A stretch of 64,000 nt of DNA from Deltaproteobacteria bacterium. Its GTDB lineage: Bacteria; Myxococcota_A; UBA9160; SMWR01. The notes under the pieces are model-generated. The model was given only the letters and a program-made list of their open reading frames with translations. It had not been told where the DNA came from and did no database searches. Positions 1-10,173 of the stretch are shown here, piece by piece (the stretch's first letter is position 1; every line of letters starts with the position of its first letter). The position numbers and the translations under genes were made by a program. Location: NCBI GenBank assembly GCA_031405455.1, contig JANNIY010000151.1, positions 440 to 64,439 on the forward strand, written 5' to 3'.

Positions 1-1
1 T

Positions 2-100
2 GCAGCCGAACTGCGCTCCCTCGGTCTCCCGCGCCGCGCGCTGATGACCACCTGGATGGAGCACATGCGCGGCCGCTTCGAGGCGGCGGAGAAACTCTAG
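2..100 (+). CDS. 3' end of an unidentified CDS entering from upstream of the window (...AAELRSLGLPRRALMTTWMEHMRGRFEAAEKL*)
   Basis: The frame is open from the window edge to TAG at 98-100 and has strong G/C third-position bias. It is too short to identify and is not in the ORF track. Confidence 0.3.
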   Translation, partial: AAELRSLGLPRRALMTTWMEHMRGRFEAAEKL

Positions 101-106
101 GCGGGT

Positions 107-1000
107 TCAGACCAGCCCGACGACGTAGGCGATCCAGGCCGGATCGTCGGGGGCGTGTTCACGGCACGTGAAGACGTCGTTGCCGCGGCCGGTGTCCGAA
201 TCCGTGCCTTCCCAGTAGACCTCGGAGCGCGAGAAGCCGGCCTCGGCGAGCAGCTCGCGGATCTCGGGAATCGACCACAGCCGCCAGTCGTAGCTGAAGG
301 CGCGCCGGATCCGGCTGCCGTCCTTGAACTCGAAGTCGATGTGGTTGACCACGCGGTTCGTGATCGGGTCGAAGACGTGCTGGTCCCAGACGTAACGAAA
401 ATTTCGCACCCGTCGCCCCTCGCGCATGGTGCGCTGGGCGTCCGCGCCTCCGTAGGCATCGAGCAGCAGCATGCCCTCGGGAAGCAGCGTGGCCCGCGCT
501 CGCTGGAAGTACAGCAGCAGCTCGGCGCGCCGCTGGAAGAGGTAGTAGGAGAAGTTGAGGGCCGCCGTGACGTCGACTTTCGCGTGGCCGACGTCGCGCA
601 CGTCGCCCTCGATCAGCTTGATGCGCGCCGCCTGATCCGGCCGCAGGCGCGTCAGGTTGTGCTCGCGGCCCCAGCTGAGCGGTGCGGGGTCGAGATCGAT
701 CGCATACGCCCGGTTCTCGGCGTGGCGTTCCACCCAGCGGCAGGCGATTGCCGCCGTGCCGCAGAAATCTTCTCGAAACGAACGCGGCAGACGGCCATAG
801 TGCCGGCGAAAGACGCGATCGATCAGCCGGAAGTCGGCTTCCGGCTCCTGGACGCTTTCCTGGTAGAGCTCGTAGACGTTCGCTCGTGCCGCGAGGGTTT
901 GGCGGCGGGAGCGCGGCGGTTGGGAACGGGTGCGCGTCGCGGCGCGCGGATTCTCGCTCGCACGCACTGATTTTCCGACCGGCTCCTGCTTGCGCTTCAT
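107..1000 (-). CDS. Class I SAM-dependent methyltransferase
   Basis: From ORF 107..1171(-). It has a Rossmann-type SAM motif region (REDFCGTAAIACRW...AYAIDLD...IEGDVRDV...LLLDAYGG). I moved the start to ATG 1000 (MKRKQEP) because the Arg-rich upstream extension runs into the neighbouring gene. It lies 68 nt downstream of the DUF2063 gene on the same strand. Confidence 0.85.
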   Translation of the reverse strand: MKRKQEPVGKSVRASENPRAATRTRSQPPRSRRQTLAARANVYELYQESVQEPEADFRLIDRVFRRHYGRLPRSFREDFCGTAAIACRWVERHAENRAYAIDLDPAPLSWGREHNLTRLRPDQAARIKLIEGDVRDVGHAKVDVTAALNFSYYLFQRRAELLLYFQRARATLLPEGMLLLDAYGGADAQRTMREGRRVRNFRYVWDQHVFDPITNRVVNHIDFEFKDGSRIRRAFSYDWRLWSIPEIRELLAEAGFSRSEVYWEGTDSDTGRGNDVFTCREHAPDDPAWIAYVVGLV

Positions 1001-1067
1001 GTCCGGATTCCCGCAACCCATGAGGGGGCGGGCGAGGCTAGCAGATGGCCGCCGTGGCGGGATCGCG

Positions 1068-1895
1068 TCACGCGAGCGCGGCGAGCCAGCCTGCCTGTTG
1101 CCAACGCGCCAGCAGCGCGGCGGCGCGCGCAGGCGCCTGCGCCTCGCCGAGCCGCGCGGCCAGCGCCTCACAGATCTCGCCGAAGCGCGAGCCCGCGCGC
1201 GCGAGCCCGAGCGCCTCCGCCTCGATCGGCTCGAGCGCGCGATGAAAGACGCGCTCGTTCGTTCGCCAGACGCAGATGCATGTCGACTCCGGCGCGAGCT
1301 CGCCGGGGATCTCGGCAGCCTCGCGATCGTACGCGATGCGCACGCGATCGACGGGGAAGGCCAGCGTGAGGAGCGCGAGCGCGGATTGAAAGACGAAGCG
1401 AAGCTCCGCCCAGCGCTCCGGTGCGACTTCGGCGAGCGTCGCCTGCGACAACAGCGGGGCGTCGGCGGCGTCGAAGGCTTCGATCAACGCCCATTCGAGG
1501 CGCGCGAGATCAGCGGCGAACGCAACCCGCCGCCAGGCCCCTGGCGCGACGGCGAGGAAATCGGGCAGCCGCGCGCCCGCGTCGCGCAGCGACGGCTGAT
1601 TCGGCGGGTGCGCGCGCAGATAGGCGCTCACGAGTTCGTCGAAGGCCGGCTCGCCGAGCACGCGCGCGAGTGTGCCGAAATCGTCCGCGAGCACCTCGCG
1701 CAGGCGCTGGAACCAGGCGTGCGCGTAGATCTCGAGCCGCGCAGCCGCCGGCCGCTGCGGATCGCCGCGCAGCAGCGAGGCGACCTCGTTCTCCCGAACC
1801 CCCGCGCCCGTGGCGCTAGGTGCGGTGATCAGCTCGCGCAACCGCTGCTGCAGCTCGCGCAGCGGCGGATCCGGACTCGTTCGCTTCGCGTCCAT
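1068..1895 (-). CDS. DUF2063-family protein, HvfC/BufC-like partner of the MNIO enzyme (RiPP maturation)
   Basis: From ORF 1068..1934(-). The N-terminus LRELQQRLRELI...RLEIYAHAWFQRLREVLADDFGTL is typical of DUF2063 putative DNA-binding-domain proteins that follow DUF692 genes. The start is placed at ATG 1895, which has GAGGGAG upstream. Confidence 0.85.
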   Translation of the reverse strand: MDAKRTSPDPPLRELQQRLRELITAPSATGAGVRENEVASLLRGDPQRPAAARLEIYAHAWFQRLREVLADDFGTLARVLGEPAFDELVSAYLRAHPPNQPSLRDAGARLPDFLAVAPGAWRRVAFAADLARLEWALIEAFDAADAPLLSQATLAEVAPERWAELRFVFQSALALLTLAFPVDRVRIAYDREAAEIPGELAPESTCICVWRTNERVFHRALEPIEAEALGLARAGSRFGEICEALAARLGEAQAPARAAALLARWQQAGWLAALA

Positions 1896-2757
1896 ACTCT
1901 CCCTCGAGCGCTGCGGCCGCGACCGTGCGCGCACGTGCGACCTCCTGCACCAGCACGTCGAATTCGGGGATCAGATCGTCCCACTCGATGAGCGTCGAGA
2001 CGGGGCCCAGCCGGCGGAGCGCGCGCGCATAGAGATCCCAGACTTCGTCGCGCACGGGGTGATCGTGCGTATCGATCAACAGCGCGCCGTTCACGCTGTG
2101 TCCCGCCAGGTGGATCTGGAACACGCGCTCGGGCGGCACGCCATCCACATACGCATTGGCGTCGAAGCCGTGGTTGTGCGCGCTCACGAAGATGTTGTTC
2201 ACGTCGAGCAGCAGGCCGCAATCGGCCGACTCGCAGATCGCGCTGAGAAATTCCCATTCGGGCATCGCGTCGGCGTGGAACGACGCGTAGGAGGAGACGT
2301 TCTCGATCGCGATGCGGCGTCCGAGCGCGTCCTGCACGCGCGCGACGCGCGCGGCGACGTGGCGGACCGCTTCCTCCGTATAGGGAAGCGGGAGCAGATC
2401 GTGGAGGTTCTCACCCTGCACACCCGTCCAGCACAGATGGTCCGAGATCCAGAGGGGCTCGAAGCGCGCCGCGAGTGCCGCGAGTTCGCGCAGATAGGCG
2501 GCGTCGAGGGGATCGGTCGAGCCGAGATTGAGCGAGACGCCGTGCAGCACGAGCGGCGCGTGCGCTCGCACTTCGGCGAGCACGCGCAGCGGTCGGCCGC
2601 CAGCGATCATGTAGTTCTCGCTGATCGCCTCGAACCAATCGCTTTCGAGTTCGCCGCGCTTTGCGCGCGCGAGCACGTCGGGGTAGTGCCTGGGCCGCAG
2701 TCCCACGCCAAAGCCGAGGAACGGGGCGTCATGCGGGCGCGGCGGGAACGGCGGCAT
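1816..2757 (-). CDS. DUF692-family multinuclear non-heme iron oxidase (MNIO; MbnB/TglH/BufB/HvfB-like RiPP maturase)
   Basis: From ORF 1816..2967(-). Conserved DUF692 blocks are present: GFGVGLRPRHY, FEAISENY, LHGVSLNLGS, WISDHLCW, IAIENVSSY, LLLDVNNIFVSAHNHG, IHLAGH and TLIEWD. The start is at ATG 2757 (MPPFPP), 62 nt after the precursor stop. Confidence 0.9.
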   Translation of the reverse strand: MPPFPPRPHDAPFLGFGVGLRPRHYPDVLARAKRGELESDWFEAISENYMIAGGRPLRVLAEVRAHAPLVLHGVSLNLGSTDPLDAAYLRELAALAARFEPLWISDHLCWTGVQGENLHDLLPLPYTEEAVRHVAARVARVQDALGRRIAIENVSSYASFHADAMPEWEFLSAICESADCGLLLDVNNIFVSAHNHGFDANAYVDGVPPERVFQIHLAGHSVNGALLIDTHDHPVRDEVWDLYARALRRLGPVSTLIEWDDLIPEFDVLVQEVARARTVAAAALEGEYGREANESGSAAARAAAAVARADHRT

Positions 2758-2819
2758 GCGGCTCCGATGCGCGGCGGAGCGGACGGCCGCGCCGCCCGCT
2801 CCGCCCGGAAAAACGCGAT

Positions 2820-3077
2820 CTACTTCTTCGCCGCGGCCTTCGCCGCCGTACACTCGTCGGGCGTCATCATCTCGTAGCCCTGGCCCTGGCAGGCATTCTG
2901 GCCGGAGCAGGCGTTGTGCGCGGTCTTGCAGGCGCTCTGGCCCTTGCACTGGTTCACGCCCTCGCACTTCACCGTCGCTTCGCTGCCGGCTTCGGATTCC
3001 GCGAGGGCGTGGCCGGCCGCACCGGCGACGAACAGCGCCGCGGCCGCGGAAGCCAGGACATAGGATCGGGTCTTCAC
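2820..3077 (-). CDS. Exported six-cysteine RiPP precursor peptide (bufferin BufA2 / HvfA-like), 85 aa
   Basis: Buried in ORF 2820..3194(-). GTG at 3077 is preceded by GGAGG with a 7-nt spacer. It has a Sec-type signal peptide (VKTRSYVLASAAAALFVAGAAGHALA). The mature part is ESEAGSEATVKCEGVNQCKGQSACKTAHNACSGQNACQGQGYEMMTPDECTAAKAAAKK, with six Cys. It sits directly upstream of the DUF692 and DUF2063 genes. Confidence 0.8.
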   Translation of the reverse strand: MKTRSYVLASAAAALFVAGAAGHALAESEAGSEATVKCEGVNQCKGQSACKTAHNACSGQNACQGQGYEMMTPDECTAAKAAAKK

Positions 3078-3122
3078 GTAGACACCTCCTCGGGTGATGC
3101 CGGCGGGGGATGGCCCGCGCGG

Positions 3123-3139
3123 CTGCGCATGCTGCGCAG
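3123..3139. promoter_or_regulatory. Perfect 7-3-7 palindrome CTGCGCA-TGC-TGCGCAG in the leader/promoter of the precursor gene
   Basis: Read directly from the sequence. It lies 46-62 nt upstream of the GTG start at 3077. It could be an operator or a 5'-UTR stem-loop. Confidence 0.3.
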
Positions 3140-3212
3140 GGGTTAGATGCAGCAATGCGCGCGGGGATTCAAGCCGCGCGTTCGGGGCGTTCACGCCGGT
3201 TCGGCCGGGAAC

Positions 3213-3239
3213 GCGAAAAGAGCCGCGAATCCGGCGGCT
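3213..3239 (-). terminator. Possible intrinsic terminator of metH
   Basis: On the minus strand the sequence reads AGCCGC-cggattc-GCGGCT followed by CTTTTCGCGTT, about 60 nt after the metH stop. The stem is only 6 bp and the U-tract is imperfect. Confidence 0.35.
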
Positions 3240-3301
3240 TCGCGCGCACAGCCCGACCTACGCAGCGTGTGCCGAGGCGGGCGGGGGGCGGGCTGGCGCG
3301 C

Positions 3302-6988
<3,687 letters not shown>

Positions 6989-7068
6989 GACTCGCTCGCT
7001 CCGGGGGCGGGTTTCGGGACCGACGATCCGAGCAGTCTATCGTATGATCAGCTTATCTCAATAAGGGC

Positions 7069-7089
7069 ATTGATATACGAATGATCAAT
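7069..7089. promoter_or_regulatory. Inverted repeat ATTGAT-N9-ATCAAT inside an AT-rich island upstream of metH
   Basis: The 113-nt metH upstream region (6989-7101) contains the only AT-rich stretch nearby (about 7036-7095). It also has two TGATCA palindromes and, on the minus strand, a TTGAGA-N16-TAGACT candidate promoter. Confidence 0.25.
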
Positions 7090-7101
7090 TCCCCTGGGGG
7101 G

Positions 7102-7743
7102 TTAGAGGAGGTCAGTCTTCCGGTCCGCCAGCGCGAACCCGAGCAGGGCTTCGAGTTCCGCCAGCGCCTGCGCGGGCGCCGCCACTTTGATCGTCGTCAT
7201 GCCGAGCGCCCGCGCGGCTTTGAGGTTGCTGCCGATGTCGTCGAGGAAGATCGCCTCGCGGGCTTCGATTTCGAGGCAGCGGCAGGCGTGCTCGTAGATG
7301 CGCGGATCGGGCTTGCGCAGACCGACCCGCGTCGACTCGACGAAGACGTCGAAATGCGGGCGTAGCACCGCGCTGCCGTCGCCTTCGCCCACCCAGTTGT
7401 TCGTGAGCGCCGCGGCGCGCAAGCCGCGCTCGCGGATCCGGCGCACGGCGGTGAGCATCGCCGGCCGTGGCTGCGATGCCAGCGCGATGCGCTGCATCAA
7501 TCGCTGCGCCGACAGCGCGTGTCCCGCGGCGGCGCACTCCGCGTCGAAGGCCGCGTAGAAGGCCTCCATCGCGAGCTCTCCGCGCTCGAGCCGGGCCCAG
7601 GCGCCCGCCGCCCCGTTCGTCACGACGACGCGATTCACGAAGCCTGCCGGGATGCCCTCGTCGCGCTCGAGCGCGGCAATCGCTTGCAGCGGCGAGCCGA
7701 GCACGACGCCCCCGAGATCGAAGATGACCGCGCGGTGGTCCAG
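7102..7743 (-). CDS. HAD-superfamily hydrolase (subfamily IA; epoxide-hydrolase N-terminal-domain-like phosphatase)
   Basis: ORF 7102..7704(-) carries HAD motifs II-IV (ALTNN, GLRKPDPRIY, FLDDIGSNL). The nucleophile motif I (AVIFDLGGVV) lies in frame upstream of the track's GTG. I extended the gene to CTG 7743, which has GGAG 7 nt upstream. The start codon is uncertain. Confidence 0.8.
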   Translation of the reverse strand: MDHRAVIFDLGGVVLGSPLQAIAALERDEGIPAGFVNRVVVTNGAAGAWARLERGELAMEAFYAAFDAECAAAGHALSAQRLMQRIALASQPRPAMLTAVRRIRERGLRAAALTNNWVGEGDGSAVLRPHFDVFVESTRVGLRKPDPRIYEHACRCLEIEAREAIFLDDIGSNLKAARALGMTTIKVAAPAQALAELEALLGFALADRKTDLL

Positions 7744-7807
7744 GCTCTCGCTCCGCTCCTTGGCCTCGGGTTCGAAGCTCCCGCGCCTCAGCTTCTGCTC
7801 CCGCGTG

Positions 7808-8503
7808 TCAGCGAATTGCCGTCTGCCCGAACAGGATCTTTTTCGCCTCTTCGTCCGGGCCGGCGGACGACGCCTGGCGCAGCTCCTTGGCGGCGTCGAA
7901 GCCGCGCTGCACGCCGGGGCGCGTCTTCAGCTTCTCGTGCCAACGTTTCACGTTCTGGAACTCATCGATGTCGATCGCCTGCCGCTCGTGCAGCACGATC
8001 CACGGCCACGCGGCCATGTCGGCCAGGCTGTAGTCGCCGCAGATGTACTCGCGGTCGGCGAGGCGTCGATCGAGGACGCCATAGAGCCGGTGAGCTTCCT
8101 TGGTGTAGCGATCGATCGCGTAGGGGAGTTTTTCCGGTGCGTACATGCGGAAGTGATGGTTCTGGCCGAGCATCGGCCCGAGACCACCCATCTGCCACAT
8201 CAGCCATTCGCTGACGGCCGTGCGCCCGCGCACGTCGCGCGGCAGGAACTTCCCCGTCTTGTCGCCGAGATAGAGCAAGATCGCGCCGGATTCGAACACC
8301 GGAATCGGTGCGCCGCCGTCGGCCGGATCGTGATCGACGATCGCGGGCATGCGGTTGTTCGGGCTGATCGTCAGGAACTCGGGCTCGAACTGCTCACCCC
8401 GCCCGATGTTCACCGGCACGATGCGGTAGGGAAGCTCCATCTCTTCGAGCGCGATGCTGATCTTCCAGCCGTTCGGTGTGGGCCAATAGTGCAGATCGAT
8501 CAT
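7808..8503 (-). CDS. yfcG: Nu-class glutathione S-transferase / GSH-dependent disulfide-bond oxidoreductase (YfcG-like)
   Basis: The 231-aa sequence MIDLHYWPTPNGWKISIALEE...ISPNNRMPAIVDH...FESGAILLYL...GGLGPMLGQNHHF...PYAIDRY closely parallels E. coli YfcG as I remember it. Confidence 0.88.
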   Translation of the reverse strand: MIDLHYWPTPNGWKISIALEEMELPYRIVPVNIGRGEQFEPEFLTISPNNRMPAIVDHDPADGGAPIPVFESGAILLYLGDKTGKFLPRDVRGRTAVSEWLMWQMGGLGPMLGQNHHFRMYAPEKLPYAIDRYTKEAHRLYGVLDRRLADREYICGDYSLADMAAWPWIVLHERQAIDIDEFQNVKRWHEKLKTRPGVQRGFDAAKELRQASSAGPDEEAKKILFGQTAIR

Positions 8504-8554
8504 GCTGCCTCCTGCGCGCGGGAGGGCAGTGTACCGCGGAGTCGCTGCGCCGGA

Positions 8555-9451
8555 CTATCGGCGCGCGGAAGCTCCGGTGGCGCGCCGCGTGGCGAGCGTG
8601 AACAGCGCCAGCGCCGCCCATACGCACGCGAAGGCGCTGGCCTGGCCCCGCCCGAAGGGCTCGTGGTAGAGGCCCACCCCGATCAGGAACGAGATGCTCG
8701 GCGCGAGGTATTGAAAGAATCCGAGCGTCGAGAGCGGCAGCCTGCGCGCTGCGCTCGTGAAGCACAGCAGCGGCGCCGCGGTGATCACCCCGGCGCCCGC
8801 CAGCAGCGCCTGCACGCCGGCGCTCAGCTGCGGCGCCGCCAACCTGTCGCCCGATCCCAGATGGACCAGAAGCAGCGCGGCCGCCGGAGCCAGCAGAAGC
8901 ACCTCGAGCGTGAAGCCCTCGAGCGGCCCCACCGCTGCGAGCTTCCGCACCAGGCCATAGAGGCCGAAACTCGCGGCGAGCGTGAGCGCGATCCAGGGCG
9001 CCTCGCCGAGACCGATGGCCCACGAAAGCACCCCGGCAGCGCCGATGGCGACGGCGACGAGCTGACCGCGCGTGAGTCGCTCGCCGAGGAACGCGACACC
9101 GAGCAGGACGTTCACGAGCGGATTCAGGAAGTAGCCGAGCGAGGTCGCGAGCACGCGGCCGGTGTTGACCGCATGGATGAAGACGAGCCAGTTGAGACCG
9201 ATCAGCAGGCTCGACGCGACGATCGGCAGGACGTGTCGGCGGGATCGCAATACCGTCCAAAACACCCGCCCGCGCCGCGTCGCGGCGACGAGCAACAGGC
9301 CGACCGCGAGCGAGGCCAGCACCCGATGGGCGAGCAGTTCGCCGGCCGGCAGCGCGCGCAGGAGCTTCCAATAGATCGGCGCGAAACCCCAGAGGCCATA
9401 CGCTGCGATCGCGAAGATCATTCCGCGGGTCGTGTCCGGGCTCTGGTTCAC
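8555..9451 (-). CDS. rarD: EamA/RarD-family (DMT superfamily) transporter
   Basis: This is the C-terminal 298 aa of ORF 8555..9841(-). It has ten hydrophobic segments and RarD-like motifs (AYGLWGFAPIYWK, NWLVFIHAV, GYFLNPL). The start is at GTG 9451, forming a GTGA overlap with the upstream stop. Confidence 0.88.
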   Translation of the reverse strand: MNQSPDTTRGMIFAIAAYGLWGFAPIYWKLLRALPAGELLAHRVLASLAVGLLLVAATRRGRVFWTVLRSRRHVLPIVASSLLIGLNWLVFIHAVNTGRVLATSLGYFLNPLVNVLLGVAFLGERLTRGQLVAVAIGAAGVLSWAIGLGEAPWIALTLAASFGLYGLVRKLAAVGPLEGFTLEVLLLAPAAALLLVHLGSGDRLAAPQLSAGVQALLAGAGVITAAPLLCFTSAARRLPLSTLGFFQYLAPSISFLIGVGLYHEPFGRGQASAFACVWAALALFTLATRRATGASARR

Positions 9452-10095
9452 GTCCCCGCCGCGCGCACCCGGGCCTGCGCGCGGCGCACGATTTCGACGA
9501 TGTGCGGCGGCGCCTTGCTCGGCGATCCCGCGTCGAAGGGAGGCTGGGGGTCGTACTCGATGCTGAGCTGGATCGCCTGCGCGATCTCGGCGTCGGCGAG
9601 GCGCGCCACGAGCGCGAGGGCCATGTCGATGCCGGCCGATACGCCGGCGGCCGTGACGACCTTGCCCTGGAAGACGACACGCTCGGGCGTCGGATCGGCG
9701 CCGAACTCGCGCAGACGCTCGAGCGAGCCCCAGTGGGAAGTCGCACGCAAGCCGCGCAAGACGCCCGCGGCGCCGAGCAGGAGCGAGCCCGTGCAGACGG
9801 AGGTCGTCCACTGCGAGGCCGCGTGCGCGCCGCGGATCCACGCGAGCGTCGCTTCGTCCTGCATCAGGCGTTCGACACCGAAGCCCCCTGGGATCAGCAC
9901 GAGTTCGGGATGCTCACACTCCGCGAGCGCGAAATCGGCGATCAGCGAGAGGCTGCCTTCGTGCGTGCGCACCGGACCTCGGCGCGCGCCGAGCATGCGC
10001 ACGCGCGCGCCGGGCAGGCGCTGCAGGACTTCATAGGGGCCGATGGCATCGAGCGCCGTGATGCCGTCGAAGAGCAGGATGCCGATGTCGGTCAA
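9448..10095 (-). CDS. DJ-1/PfpI-family protein (class I glutamine-amidotransferase-like fold)
   Basis: From ORF 9448..10143(-). It has the nucleophile-elbow motif (SVCTGSLLLGAAG) and the blocks ILLFDGITALDAIGPYEV and VVTAAGVSAGIDMAL. The start is probably TTG 10095, which has GAGG 7 nt upstream. Confidence 0.85.
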   Translation of the reverse strand: MTDIGILLFDGITALDAIGPYEVLQRLPGARVRMLGARRGPVRTHEGSLSLIADFALAECEHPELVLIPGGFGVERLMQDEATLAWIRGAHAASQWTTSVCTGSLLLGAAGVLRGLRATSHWGSLERLREFGADPTPERVVFQGKVVTAAGVSAGIDMALALVARLADAEIAQAIQLSIEYDPQPPFDAGSPSKAPPHIVEIVRRAQARVRAAGT

Positions 10096-10173
10096 GGGAA
10101 CACCTCGCGGGCAGTGTAGGCATGCCGGCGGAGAAGGATACAATGCTGCTCCGGGAAACCGCAGGGAGGCGAA

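Noticed and set aside
3140-3212. A search for an ECF-sigma-type or sigma70 promoter upstream of the RiPP precursor gene. On the minus strand there is a TTGAAT…ATCTAA pair and GAAC-containing segments.
   Set aside because: No hexamer pair with convincing spacing or consensus could be supported by eye. I leave the promoter unannotated.
6989-7101. A possible cobalamin or SAM riboswitch upstream of metH.
   Set aside because: The region is only 113 nt and mostly AT-rich, with no B12-box-like or SAM-I-like conserved segments visible. It is more consistent with a promoter/operator.
9452-9841. The N-terminal 130 aa of the 428-aa ORF 8555..9841(-), and similar long 5' extensions of ORFs 28069..29796, 33307..35487, 36652..37692, 52847..54919 and 58826..60658.
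   Set aside because: The extensions overlap well-supported neighbouring genes in other frames. They are Arg/Pro-rich and precede obvious native N-termini that have SD sequences or coupling overlaps. I trimmed each gene to its internal start.
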